Source of the DNA: Octopus sinensis
Lineage: Eukaryota
Assembly (NCBI RefSeq): GCF_006345805.1
Contig: NC_043006.1
Location: 44,268,001 to 44,332,000 of the forward strand
Reading direction: 5' to 3'
DNA: 64,000 bases
Part shown: piece by piece, positions 28,515 to 42,699 of the stretch
Layout: each line of letters begins with the position of its first letter
Numbering within the stretch: position 1 is the stretch's first letter
Made by a program: the position numbers and the translations under genes
Notes under the pieces: model-generated
The model's input: only the letters and a program-made list of their open reading frames with translations
Database searches by the model: none
What the model was told of the DNA's origin: nothing

Positions 28515-28857
28515 CAGGGGTTCACAATGATTTTGTATTTATGGACTCCTTTGATTACCATTTTATTCTGGTGGACCCTAACAGCCATTCAATGTTTAAA
28601 AACTAGTTTTATAGATGCTTCTTTCAAAATTCCTATTTTGTTTTCAACACATTAGCTTGTGTAGGTTGAAATATATAATACATTAAAGAAACATGGCTGT
28701 TTTTAGCAATACTAGCCAATACATTCTAAAGCAAAATTTTTTCAGGAGCCCCTTAAAATATTATTGTGGGTCCCCGATTTACTATTTTGTTGTGTGGACC
28801 CCCAAAAATCTTACATGGACCCTTAGGGGCCATATGGACCCCAGTTGAGAACCACTA
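28515..28857. mobile_element. hAT-Charlie-like MITE
   Basis: CAGGGGTTCACAA ... TTGAGAACCACTA termini; 8-bp TSD ctgtacaa/ctgtacac (7/8). Confidence 0.7.
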
Positions 28858-29381
28858 CTGTACACAAACAATTGTAGGGAGAGAAACCATAAAGCCACCT
28901 CATTTCTTAACAAAAGTAAAATTGAATCTAAAGTATATTGTTAACTAAAGTGACTCTCTGCTCATCTCCGCAAGCCATTACCCCTGTAGAATATAGATAC
29001 ATGAATTTGACAGAATTCAATAAGCTGCAAGTGCATAATCCTTTAACATAAACACATTTGAGGAAATGCATTGACATTAAAACATTTGTACAATTGTAAG
29101 GCATTTATATAAAATAATATAAACATATACTATCAATACTGTGGATCACCTATTTCTATTATTATCAACCAATACAAATCCCATTAGATAATTGCAATAT
29201 AAAACAGTTTCAAAAGTAAAACTGGAACTCAAAATTGTTATTTTATCTCTGAATCCTTAAGTAGGAGAGAGAAATCTCTACTGAGATATACGTGTGTATC
29301 ATAGGTTAATTTTCTCAGAAGACATTATGACTGTCCTACAATTAGGAACACACTGCAGCAGAATACAAACTTATGAGCCAA

Positions 29382-29617
29382 GGCGGCGAGCTGGCAGAAA
29401 CATTAGCACACCGGGTGAAATGCTTAGCGGTATTTCATCTGCCACTTCGTTCTGAGTTCAAATTCCATGAGATCAAATTTGCCTTTCATCCTTTCAGGGT
29501 CAATTAAATTTAAATAAGTACCAGTTATGCACTGGGGTCAATATAATCAACTTAATCCCTTTGTCTGTCCTTGTTTGTCCCCTCTATGTTTAGCTCCTTG
29601 TGGGCAATAAAGAAATA
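29382..29617 (+). mobile_element. SINE family S2 with 17-bp TSD
   Basis: Exact direct repeat acaaacttatgagccaa at 29365-29381 and 29618-29634. Confidence 0.9.
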
Positions 29618-31287
29618 ACAAACTTATGAGCCAATATCTGATAACCTTTGATTATTAATTGGTTCATAACTGTAAAACATAGATGTTTTCTTAGCATTTA
29701 AAATTGAAGCAGTTCTTGGTCCAGATGATGTTTAAATACAATCATTAGTAAAAAACCAAGTGTCCCCTAAGTACCAAATCACTTTGAGAGATAGTGGTAA
29801 GCTCCAGTTTCAGAGCATGAAGCAGATGAGATATAAATATCCCTCTAAATAGAATGTAGGTTTACCACAGATAACATTCACAGCTTCACCATCACCATCA
29901 GTTTAACATCCCTGAGTTTATTAAGGCAGATTTTCTACAACTGGACTCCTTTCCTGTTGCCAACACTTATCTGTTCCCAAACATGTTTTTGCAGAATATC
30001 AGAAATGAATCATTTATTTACAACAACTACATACGTAAAGACAAAATGACACAAACATACTCTCACATACAAGCACACACACACAAAGATGTCTTTCAGT
30101 TTCCGTCAATGAAATCCACTCACAAGGTTTTGGTCAGCCTAGAACTATAGCTGAAGACCCTTGCCCAAGATGTCATGCACTGGAACTGAAACCAAACCCA
30201 TGTAGTTGGGAGGAAGACTTCTTAACCACAGGGCTATACCTGCGCCTATAACCACACTTGTACTTATTCCTGACATTAAGATGAACTGAAGCACATAGAA
30301 TAGTGTCCAGTCGAGAAACAAAACAAAATACCTGCTGTAAATTTGAACACTCAGCCTGTAAGTTGCTAGCAATATATATTATCTACTCAGCCAACAAAAC
30401 TTTATTTTTATTTTGCAAATAAATATAAAATTATATAAGGAGTGAAGTGAAACACCTAGGAACTTAAAAATAAGCAGTGAATTTCAGTGATTAATTTCTC
30501 AAGGTTATCATAAAACTAACAAAGGAACTATTTTGGTAATGCTGGAAGAAATTAAAGTCAATGTTTCCCAACTGGCTGCAAATATATTTCCTACATATGG
30601 AAAAAGTAAACTCAACAACATGTGTCCTTGTGACACCATTTAAACAGTAATAAATAAATAATATCCAGAAATAATGTTTTGTTTTTTTTTACTAATTTCA
30701 GATTTCCTTCCTGCTTTTAACATTTTCAATACCCATGACAACAAGAGAGAATATCTGATGCAACAAAACAGGAGAATATGTTAACCCAAAAAGTAGATAT
30801 ACTTCATTGTGTCTAGCGAGAGTCATTCATTGCAACTTGCAACCTTTTCAACAATCGTTGATTCGTAATGAAAATTTTAGTAAAAAATAACAAGTAAATG
30901 AGTGGAAATCAGACTGGTGAGTGTGTTAAATTAATAAGGCACTAAAAGAGAATTACTCTTCCCAGACACAATAAAATATGCTTTAACACACAAATTCACA
31001 TAAAGAATCTTGCAAACTACATACAAAAATGAAATAAATATACTTCAAGATTTAAATAATAACCTTCTCTAAAGGAAATGTTACCATTGTAACTGTTTCT
31101 CTAGATTGTCATTACTAGGTGCAGGTATGGATGTGTGGTTAAGAAACTTGCTTCCCAACCATGTGAACTTGGGTTCAGTTCCACTATGTGGCACTTTGGG
31201 CTATAAGCTTCTACTGTAGCCCCAAACTGACCAAAGCTTTGTGAGTGGATTTGATAGACAGAAACTGAAAGAAGCCCATGTGTGTGT

Positions 31288-31731
31288 TATCATCATCATT
31301 TAACGTCCGCTTTCCATGCTAGCATGGGTTGGACGATTTGACTGAAGACTGGCAAACCTGATGGCTGCACCAGGCTCCAATCTTGATCTGGCAGAGTTTC
31401 TACAGCTGGATGCCGCCCTTCCTAACGCCAACCACTCTGAGAGTGTAGTGGGTGCTTTTACGTGCCACCGGCAAGAAGGCCAGTCAGGCGGTACTGGCAA
31501 CGGCCATGCTCAAATGGTGTTTTTTTCATGCCACCTGCATGGGAACCAGTCCAGCGGCACTGGCAATGACCTTACTTGAATGTTTTTTCACGTGCCACCA
31601 GCACAAGTGCCAGTAAGGCAATGCTGGTAACAAATACGCTCGAATGGTGCTTTCTACATGCCACCGGCACAGAAGCCAGTTAGCCGCTCTGGCAACGATC
31701 ACGTTCGGATGGTGCTCTTAGTGCTCCACTA
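31288..31731 (-). mobile_element. RTE-type 3' UTR fragment inserted in an S1 SINE
   Basis: Reverse complement of the 32930-33223 UTR with four tandem gtgccacc(g/a)gc-type units. Confidence 0.7.
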
Positions 31732-32695
31732 TGTGTGTGTGTATGCTCTTAGCACTCCACTAGGTGTGTGTGTGTATATGAATCCTTGTCTTGACATCAC
31801 ATGATGGTTGTAAACAAACATCATCATCATCATGTAAGTGCTGTTGTTTGTTTCTACTCCGCCATGAAAATCAGGTCTGGCCAGTGGGAAATATTAACTT
31901 GCTTGGAAATAGATAAGGGTTGATGACTGGAAGGGCAACTGGCTGTAGAAAATCTGCCTTAACAAATTCCATCTGACCTATGCAAGCATGGAAAAGTGGA
32001 TGTTAGATGATTGAAGATGACGAAAGCTTAGTTTTACCTGTTGACATGGGTTTAAAATAGGATGAGCTTGCAATCATTTAAGATTTAAATCCCAGGTAGT
32101 GCTGTACATATTAATACACTGGTAGGTGGTTACAAGATAATTTCTTCATATACAATAATTATAGTGTAGTGAAAAATACTAAAAGAAAAAAAACCATGGG
32201 AATTGGGTGCATCAGTGTTGGAAACCAGTTATTAACAACTGCTGGAATATACACAGTAATAAATAGAGAGTGAGGGAGTGAATTATGAACTACAGGAAAG
32301 AGATTTAAAATGCCAATTAAATGGCATAACAAAACTCATGACAGACAAGTGTTTCACTTTTCATAACAATGTCAGCTTATGAAAAAAGCAAGCTCATTGC
32401 TGGAGATTCCATAAACAATATTCAGAGAAAACTTAGAGATTGTTAAGCTCACAGCTTATAACAAACAATAACAGAAGCAAGAAGAATCTTTCTGAAAAAT
32501 GTAGAAGAGTAAATGATGAAATACTAAAAGAATAATGTTAAGAATAGAAAGACTGAAGTTATTTTGTTTGACAGGAACTCTATTAAATGCAATCAGAAGA
32601 AAACACTAACTCTGTAGAAACCGACCATGCTGAGACTGATTCGAGATCTATGGTGTGAATTCCTTGTGTTAAAATTAAATTAAAACTTCATAACA

Positions 32696-33223
32696 TTAGG
32701 TCTCACCGAGGCAATGACTAGTGACCAAGACCTTTGGAAATATGCTGTGCGTGAGAAGACCCGGCAGGACAAGTGAGACCATAACCCGTGGCCTTTACCT
32801 GGGATGTAGCTAGTTCACTTATGCATACCTTTCCTTCTTGGGACACAAAACTCTGCTTGCGAAGACCTGTTGAGGCAAGTGAAATCGAAATCAATCAAAA
32901 ATCAATGGAAATTGTAGTTGTGATACCAGTGCCGGTGGCACGTAAAAGAACCACCCGAACGTGGCCATTGCCAGCACCACTTCGACTGGCCTCCGTGCCG
33001 GTGGCACGTAAAAAGCACCAACCGATCATGGCCATTAGCCAGCCTCGCCTGGCACATAAAAAGTACCCATTACACTCACTGAGTGGTTGGCATTAGGAAG
33101 GGCATCCAGCTGTAGAAACACTGCCAGATCAGACTGGGCCTGGTGCAGCCTCCTGGCTTCCCAGACCCCGGTCAAACCGTCCAACCCATGCTAGCATGGA
33201 AAGCGGACGTTAAACGATGATGA
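32696..33223 (+). mobile_element. 5'-truncated RTE-clade LINE (last codons + 3' UTR + (GAT)n tail)
   Basis: LGLTEAMTSDQDLWKYAVREKTRQDK* then a UTR with gccggtggcacgtaaaa repeats, ending gcggacgttaaacgatgatga; this tail recurs in many short copies. Confidence 0.7.
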
Positions 33224-33266
33224 CATCAAAATTTCATGCTCATTTATATTCCTAACACCAGTTTAA

Positions 33267-33711
33267 CACTTTAACCACCACGGCCTCCAACTGGGACTTA
33301 CCAGTGAAGCTACGTATTTCTAGTCATTTGGCATACTGTTTAATTACAAGGAAATATAATTTGTCTCACATTTTTTACAATATTGCACAAATAAACTTTA
33401 ATACTTATCGCTCATGTTATTAAAATATCCTTGACCTATTACTGGGACTTACCAAAGATGCTACATATTTCCACTCATTCGGCATACTGTTTAATTACAA
33501 GGAAATATAATTTGTCTCACATTTTAAAAAAAATATTGCACAAATAAACTTTAATATTTATCGCTCGTGTTATTTAAATATCCTCAAAACCATGTCTAAG
33601 ATACAGAATAAAATATTTTCTGAAATTATGAAAATGTACTCCCAGTGGTGCATGTGGCAGTTGTGTGAGGTTTGTGATGAATCACATGTGGAACACATGG
33701 TGGTTAACATG
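33267..33711. mobile_element. TTAA-flanked MITE with internal ~150-bp tandem duplication
   Basis: ttaa|cactttaaccacca ... tggtggttaacatg|ttaa (14-bp TIR, 2 mismatches); direct repeats at ~33290-33431 and ~33440-33584. Confidence 0.65.
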
Positions 33712-34074
33712 TTAATAATGACAAGTATATTTGAATAGCTTCATTATTTACCAAATTAAATATCACAAAAGCAGAGAGGAGCCTGGAACATTTGTGTGTG
33801 TGTGTGTGTGTGTAACCTTAGTTAAGTGAAGATTGTAAATAAGCGTCACAATAATACAAATGAATGCTGTTTATTTCCATTCTTCCATGAAAACTGTCTG
33901 GCCATGGAGGAATATTACCTTGCTTGGGAAACAAGTGATCGCTGGTGATAGAAAGGTGGCGAGCTGGCAGGAAAATTCCTATTTTACTTTTCACACATTA
34001 ACTTGTGTAAGTTGAACTTTGTAAAACGTTAGGGGAAGAAACCTAGTTATTTCTTCCAATGCATACCGATACAA

Positions 34075-34306
34075 GGCTGCGAGCTGGCAGAAACGTTAAC
34101 ACACCAGACAAAATGCTTGACCGTATTTCATCTGTATTTACGTTCTGAGTTCAAATTCCGACGAGGTTGACTTTGCCTTTCACCTTTTCGAGGTTGATTA
34201 AATAAGTACCAACTACGCACTGGGGGTCGATGTAATCGACTTAATCGCTTTGTCTGTCCTTGTTTGTCCCCTCTATGTTTAGCCCCTTGTGGGCAATAAA
34301 GAAATA
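34075..34306 (+). mobile_element. SINE family S2
   Basis: Colinear with 29382-29617. Confidence 0.8.
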
Positions 34307-35698
34307 GGAAGGGCATCTGACCATGGAAATTGTGCCTCATCAAATTCCATCCGACCCATGCAAACATAGAAAAGTGAATGTTAAATTATGATGATGAAAC
34401 AGAGTGTATTTCAACAGAAATAAAGTAACAAAAAAGGATTATGGTAACAACTCTCTCTTTTCAGAATGATAAAGAATCCCCTTTCTATGACTGTAGAACA
34501 GTCCAAACCCTGAGTCACCTGCAGGTTTATTCAATTCTAGATGATTTAAAAAATAACTGTGACAAGAAGTTTGCTTCCCAACCACATGGTTCCGGGTTCA
34601 GTCCCACTGCATAGCACCTAGGCCAAGTGTATTCTACTTTAGCCTCAGGCTCACCAAATCCACTCATAAGGCTATAGTAGAAGACACTTGTCCAAGGTGT
34701 CACGCAGTGAGACTGAACCCGGAACTATATGATTGGTAAGCAAGCTACTTACCACACAGCCACTCCTGCGCCTGTTCATGAAATTAACATCCAAGTGGCT
34801 GAGCACTCCACAGACATGCATACTTTTAATGTAGTTCTCAAGGAGATTCAGTGTGACACAGCTGGCCCTTTGAAATTCAGGTACTACACATTTATGTCAG
34901 CTGAGTGGACTAGAGCAATGTGAAATAAAGTATCTTGCTCAAGAATACAACACACCACCAGGTATTGAACTCACAGCCTTACAATCATGAGCTGAATACT
35001 CTAACCACTAAACCACAGATCTTCACTGTGGTGAGGACTAGCTTTTAGTTTTGTGTTGCTCATATTTAGAGGGCAGGATACATCTTCTTCACATGTGAAG
35101 TGATAGTGTCCTTTAACTGCTGAAGGAGATGAGATTAGTATGATCCCATGGGAGGATGTTCTTGAAGTGTCTGTTCCCAAACACAATGTAGATTTAGCAC
35201 TGAAGATGATGTTGAGGTGTGGAATTTTAAAGAGGAATGAAGGATTGTATCATTTACATAGGAGTGGGTATTGCTAGACACGACAACAAATAAGTCATTG
35301 AGGATACGAGACAGTGTGAGTGACAAAACCAAACCCAGGCAACACCAAAGTTGACAGAACGTGAGTAGAGAGAAAGCCCTTTGGTACATGCCTTGATAGT
35401 GAGATTTGATAGGAAACTACTGCTCAAAGAGACAAGAGATAGATGGAGCCTCCTTTAAAACAACACCAAAACCATTAAACAATGTAGAGAATTCCAAAAT
35501 AATCATTACATACACATACAGCATCTTACCATTCTCAATTGTTTCATCAAGATGAAGTCCACGAGAGTAGTTTGCAGCATCACACATTCCTGTTTTGATC
35601 TTGCATTATCTCATTTAAACAAAACAGAGTTCTTAGATCTCACTGTAACATTTTCACCCCAAAGAATTATTTGGTCTGCCTTTACTTTCTCTTTCTCA

Positions 35699-35758
35699 TA
35701 TATATATATATATAGATATGTGTGTGTGTGTATGTGTGTATATATATATAAATATATA

Positions 35759-35837
<79 letters not shown>

Positions 35838-35842
35838 AGTAT
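35699..35842. repeat. Compound (TA)n/(TG)n microsatellite
   Basis: Direct reading; similar tracts at ~9260-9312, ~22203-22257, ~47487-47527, ~63155-63245. Confidence 0.95.
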
Positions 35843-38800
35843 ATACACTACTATCAACTCATGACATTTTCCACCCACCACAAACATCTGTTTGAATGGG
35901 AATGAAACGTTTTGTCAGAACCATTTTGGCGCTACCTATTTGGCACCACTGATTATGATACTGACTTATTTGACATCAGTTATTGTAATGTCACTCTTTC
36001 TCTCTAGCATTTAGTTATTTTTCTATGTATATGTAATGTCTCTCTCACCTTCTTTTCCTACATCACTCTATCTGTATGTGTATATTTCTGTACAGCAATG
36101 TGTGTATGTGTGTCTCCAGTGCCAAAATAGGTTGAATGCCCAGTCAGCACCCAACCATCATCTCATTCCAAATTCAGAGTATCCATAACAACACAGTTCA
36201 CTCACCAGCACATATCAACCAGTACATTTGAAGTCTACCCACTTTGTCTCATTTACACTTAATCTTAGAGGTCAATTAACATTAAACAACCAATACACAA
36301 CACCCAGCTTATTCGAACCAGACCTTTCACACATATTTTCCATGTTTAAATACTACTGCTACAGATGCCAAAGTATGGCCGTACTCAAGCAGATCATCTG
36401 AACACAACGTATGTAGATCTACTCACCAGAAAAACTTGATGCCTCCCCAAGGACCTACTTCAACTAAATCAGGACTAAGATGAATGTCATGTGCAGCTTA
36501 AAAATATCCAAGCAAGCTCAATCACACGATGATACAATGCAACATCATACTTTGTATACATATTTCATACAATTTAACCTCTGTAGACAGAGCCATTTTC
36601 TAATAGCTTCCTTGATTTCTTCCACTTCTTTCTTACCCTAGGTGGTACTATACCTTTGTTAGACTTAGTTCCAGAATTTATTATACCACTTAAATGTCAG
36701 AACCAATCTACAACTTCTAGATAATCACCTGAGCAGTCAATGGTCTTGATTTTAGAGCAGTTATTGTTGCTTATAACTCTTATAAAACTAACGCTTTTTT
36801 TTTTTACTGCTCAGTTAAGAAGAAAAGCAATACTCATGACCCTTTTAAGGTGCATCCTGTACAATCTGTTAAGGAGTTGGTGTTAGGTAAAACATTGAGG
36901 CATAGAAACTTTGCCAAAGCAGACAATAGAAACCAATGCAGCCCTCAGGCTAGACATACCCTATCAAACCACCCAAGCCATGCCAGCATTGGAAAACAAA
37001 TGTTAAATGACAATGAAAATGCCATGTTGACCATGAACAATTTTAGGACTATACAACACTCTTCCAGGATTAGCACCCTCATACACAGCCAAGACTGCTT
37101 TCACCAGCCATTCAACAACACAGATTTCTCAGCAATCATCAAACTACAAAACATAATAAAACCCAAACAAATGTGAGCTCTATGTAGTTAGTCAAATTAC
37201 TAGAGATAGAATCCACACTACTGACTTAAAAAAAAAAAGAGAAGGACGCGTTGCATAATGTAGTCCTAGATACACTAAAATAAATTATATGATGCAGAGC
37301 TAAATAACATAAAACCTTATCAAAGACCTTTACAGGTTCAACAAATACTATAAGGTGCTTTGTTCTTGCAGTTTTCTCATTGAAAATATAGTATCTTTGG
37401 TTATACTTTCTGAACAGCATTTTATCCAAAGAAAAGTAATAACTGATTGGCATGGAACCAATCATGAAAACAACCCCAACCTCTGTCCCATAGACATATT
37501 CTCTCTTCCTTATGACTACAGTGACCTCTACCCTTCAAGCTGGCTAATCTCATACCACCTCTATTTAACCTCACCTAACTTACCTATCTCTCCTTTTTTC
37601 TTCAAGTGTCCAACACTCTACTCCCTACCTTTTCATTAGCCACTACATCTAGTTCTTACACCCCATGGCTTTTCCTGCAGCTGCTTAACTGCATATGTTC
37701 AAAAGGAATGTTGTGTCATTTTCACTGGTTAGAGCCTGTGAAGGCCATAAGCACAACTCCTTCTTCCAGAATAAACAAGAAAATTTTTTTTTTTTTTTTT
37801 CCTCTTGGATATTATCCTCTGCCACTTGCATAACTTAATCCACTGGTTTCAGACATATGGCGCCTAAAAACACCTGTGCTGGTGCCACGTAAAAAGTAAC
37901 CAGCACACTTTGTAAAGTGGTTGAAGTTAGGAAGGGGATCCAAGCCAAATCAGACAGAAATCTGGTGCAGCTCTCCTGCTTGCCAAACTCTGGTCAAACC
38001 GTTGTCAAACCATCCAACCCATACCACTATGGAAAACAGACGATAATATTATGATGATGTAAATTCTTCTCTTTAATGCATCATCTAGCTTACTGAAATA
38101 GCTGACACTGTTGATGCTATGCGATACAGAAAGGGCAACACTTTTCTATGAAATCCTATTAGCTACTGTATTTCATGGCATAAAAGTCACACAGGCATAG
38201 TAGATGCACCCCAATTTCAATAGCGCCTATTCCAGAAGAAGAGTTTTTGGTCCATTTAAGGTTATGGGAGGCTCAACTTCACATATAGGATCCAGAGTGA
38301 TTGTTTTTATACACATTTATTTAGTAAAAAAGTGCTTTTTATATGCCATCAAATACAGAATGTAATCCAAGCACATGCTTCCAGCAGTTCAGACATTATC
38401 CTTTATCATTTTATAAATTACTGTAATTTCTTCAATGGCTTTATTACACACATACAAGAAAGTCTTATTTATAATAATGTTTTACAAATTTGGATATTTG
38501 TATTCAAGTTATTATAACAAGATAGAGGCCAACAGATATAGTATACTTTGTCCAAGAACACCACTGTATGACTAGAACACACAGTCTGAACTTATTACTC
38601 GTTAATTAGTAGTCAAGTAACTTGACCGTATAACTACTACTAATCATCATCATTTTTGCATCCACTTTTCCATGTTGCATGAGTGGGATGAAGTTTACTG
38701 AGGTTGGTTTTATACAGCTAAATGCCCTTCCTGTCACCAACCCTCACTTGTTCCCAAATGCCCAAATTCCCTTTGCCCAAACACATTCTCACAGAATATT

Positions 38801-40358
38801 ATAAAGGAATGACACTGCTTGACTGATAATGACAATTATTTACAACTATCACGCAATGTCAAAGCAAGGAGACACACAAACACACGACAAGCTTCTTCAG
38901 TTTCCATCTACCAAATCCACTCACAAGGCTTTTGGTTGCCCAGGGGCGAGAGAAGAAAACATCTGCTCAAGATGCCACACAGTGGGACTGAACCTGGAAC
39001 CATGTGGTTTGGAAGCAAACTTCTTACCACACAGCCATACCTGCATCTGCTGAATTGTACATATACCACATGTAATTTGCTAGAGCTAACAGCTGTATGG
39101 TACCAATCAATGGATTTGATGATGTAATGACGAAAGATTTCCAAGTTTGAATAGAATGCTACTTTACCACAAATTTACTTCCCCAACAAGCTGGTACATA
39201 TTTTCCATTAAGATAAATTGTACAATGCGACTTGTCTAAAAATATAAGAAAACATCTTGGCAGAATATCAAGCAACAACCTAAGAAGCTATTATAAATCT
39301 GGAATACAAGTAATTTCACTCCATTGGTGACTGTGGACCCATGATAGTAACCTCTAATGGCTTTATGGTCAATGAATTCAAACATTACTACAATTGGTAT
39401 GCTGGCAAGACACATTATTAGCTCAGTCAGTCTAGCTAAAAATAGCCTTCACTTGGATCTGCAAGCAACTAGATTTGAACTTAGTATGAACTTAATATAA
39501 TGTCAATCAAGGAATTACATAAGAAAAGGCCAAGTGATTAATTATAAAAGGTAGGCTACACCATCTTTTTTTAGAAAAGACGCATGCTAGAATTAGATTC
39601 TAGAATCATTGTTTTAATGTCCACTTTTCCACGCTTACATGGATCTGTTGAGGCAAATTTTCTACAGATAGATGGCCTTCTTATTGCTAATCCTCAACTG
39701 TTTCCAAGGGCAAAATTCTTAGCAGCATTTTGTCTGTCTTTACATTCTGAGTTCAAATTCTGCCAAGTTCAACTTTGCCTTTCATCCTTTAAGGGTTGAC
39801 AAAATAAGCACTGGGGTTGATACAATCAACTTACTCCCTTCCATAAAATTGCTGGCCTTGTACCAAAATTGGAAACCAGTATTTCCCATGACCAGACTGA
39901 AAATGGACAGTGCTTTAATGATGGTGATACTCACTCTCAGCTATCATGTGATGTTAAGGCAAGGAGAAAGTAAAACACACACACACATTCTCAATAGGCT
40001 TCTTTCAGTTTCTGTCTGCCAAATCCACTCACAATGAATTGGTTGACCCAGGACTATAGTTGAAGGTACTTTACCAAGTGGCCATGCAATGGGACTGAAC
40101 TCAAAACCTTATTGTTGAGAAGCAGACTTCTTACCACACAGCCAGTAGAGAAGAGAACATTGCATTCACAATGGAAGTGAGAGAGAGGGAGAGCAGACAC
40201 AGTTCAGAAATGGACAAGGGTCGTAGTGTATTGGTAATTAATCCTTACTGCACCGGGATCAAGTATACTTAGTTTCTGAGCTTATGCAGTTGAGACACAG
40301 GAACTGAGTAAACTCTTTTTTGATAGTGGGGTACTTTTCAGAATTCTCCACATTTCAT

Positions 40359-40835
40359 CAGTCATTTGACTGTGGCCATGCTGGAGCACCGCCTTTAGTC
40401 AAGCAAATCGACCCCAGGACTTATTCTTTGTAAGCCTAGTACTTATTCTACTGGTCCCTTTTGCTGAACCGCTAAGTTACAGGGATGTAAACACACCAAC
40501 ATTGGTTGTCAAACGATGGTGGGAGGACAAACACAGACACACAAATCATCATCATCATCATCATCATTGTTTAGCGTCCGCTTTCCATGCTAGCATGGGT
40601 TGGACGGTTCAACTGGGGTCTGTGAAGCCAGAAGGCTGCATCAGGCCCAGTCTGATCTGGCAGTGTTTCTACGATATGCATGCAACAGGCTTCTTTCAGT
40701 TTCCATCTACCAAATCCACTCACAAGGCCTAGGTCGGCCTGAGGCTATAGAAGACACTTGCGCAAGGTGCCACACAGTGGGACTGAACCCAGAACCATGT
40801 GGTTGAGAAGAAAGCTTCTTACCACACAGCCATTC
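40359..40835 (-). mobile_element. SINE family S1 with an RTE 3'-end fragment inserted in its microsatellite
   Basis: Both SINE halves present; ~40548-40670 between them is the (CAT)n-tailed RTE 3' sequence. Confidence 0.75.
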
Positions 40836-41365
40836 CAGTACATATGATCATAGTTTGCACATTTTATTTTTCCTGGCCAATAGAAAACAATTTAAAGAAC
40901 TGACTCGCATATGATTAGCATGTAACATCATCAGCACAGTGAAGATTAAGGTCTGTCTATCAAACGGATGTCCATTTTATATGCAATTTAATTTGCAATT
41001 CAGAACTTGAGATTTGACAGGAAACTACTGTGCAAAGAGACAAGAGAATGTAGAGCCAAATTTCAATCTATATGATCTAAAAACTGAATGTGACAATGTA
41101 ATACTGGTCAATAGATACTTCAAAAATACTTGAAATAATAGAATACAGGTATTTCCCATCAATTTGCACCTCCATCTCTATTCATCTTTTGCTACATTCA
41201 CCTCTATTCCTGACTAACCATTTGTTACTGTCTTCATGCTCTTACAATCCCACCCACCTCACTTCTGATTCACCATTTGTATCTTCACTTATCCTTATCT
41301 TCTTGCTCCTTGTGGGTTTGTTCTGGCACACCATCATTATTCCCAGTGACTCTCACTCACCCTAA

Positions 41366-41754
41366 TCGTCGTGGCACTCCATCGGTTACGACGACGATGG
41401 TTCCAGTTGATCCAATCAACGGAACAGCCTGCTCGTGAAATTAACGTGCAAGTGGCTGAGCACTCCACAGACATGTGTACACTTAATGTAGTTCTCGGGG
41501 AGATTCAGCATAACAGAGAGTGTGACAAGGTTGGCCCTTTGAAACACAGGTACAGCAGAAACAGGAAGAAAGAGTGAGAGAAAGTTGTGGTGAAAGAGTA
41601 CAGCAGGGTTTGCCACACCCCCACCCTGCTGGAGCCTCAGGGAGCTTTAGGTGTTTTTGTTCAATAAACACTTACAACGCCTGGTTTGGGAATAGAAACT
41701 GTAATCCCACAACTGTGAGTCCACTGCCCTAACCATTGGACCATTGTGCCTCCA
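41366..41754 (-). mobile_element. SINE with S5-type head and a different tail
   Basis: Right half matches the 6212-6518 head; left half matches the repeat at ~34770-34900. Confidence 0.6.
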
Positions 41755-42663
41755 CACTTACCCTAATATAATGTGAGATAGCCATGTACCTTCTCTAGAG
41801 TAAGACACCTGCACTTTCCCTCTAACATATGTTAACCTCTTGACCCTCACTAGTGCTGGTTGCTTGAAAAATAGCATCCAGTACATTCTGCAAAATGGTT
41901 GTTATTACGAAGGGCATCTAGCCATAGAAACCATGCCAAAGCTGACATTGGAATTTGATGAAACTCTGCAACTCATCAAATCCTGTCAAACTGTCCAACC
42001 CATACTATAACGGGAAACCGATCTTAAATGATGATGATGAATGATGACAATGATGATGACAATGATGAATGATGACAATGATGAACGATGACAATGAAAA
42101 TGAGTCACATAAGTTGAACAGAAATGTATTATTACTATTTAATGATACTACTGATCAAGAAGACCTACATTATCTTCTTGAGCCCACAAAATGCTGGTGA
42201 AAGGAAAAGATGGGGGGCCCCTGATGCAAATGTACCTTTCATAGACCTTTCACACAGTTGAATCTAAGCAAGAGATAAAGTGAGTGACCAAAGACTCAAT
42301 TTCAACAGAATTTGAACTCATAGCAGAGAGAGTCAGGATACCATAAAACATGTGGACAGACACTCTAACAACTATGCCAATTTGCTGCCTTAAGGAGATT
42401 TATAACTGAAGGTATTCCAATTATGACTGAACCATTTTTTTAAATGCTTCTTTTTTTTCCTTCTTATTCATTTCAGTGACTCATCTGCAGCCATGCTGAG
42501 GCAATGCCTTGAAGAGTTTAGTCAAATAAGCCAACTGGAGTACTTATTTTTTGAAGTCTGCTACTTATTTTAACCATCTTTTTTGCCAAACTGTTAAGTT
42601 ACAGAGACATCAATAAACCAACAACAATTGTCAAAGAGGGTAAGCATAAACACTAAGACACAT

Positions 42664-42698
<35 letters not shown>

Positions 42699-42699
42699 C

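Noticed and set aside
30680-30790. Strong + strand acceptor with branch-like ACTAAT
   Set aside because: All frames close within ~30 codons and no matching donor or upstream exon is evident.
31400-31730. Regularly spaced short repeats suggestive of a CRISPR array
   Set aside because: Eukaryotic context; whole units, including the would-be spacers, are homologous and belong to an RTE 3' UTR.
35900-36560. Short tatttggc-like subrepeats followed by possible transposase remnants
   Set aside because: Too decayed: no second TIR, TSD or diagnostic protein motif found.
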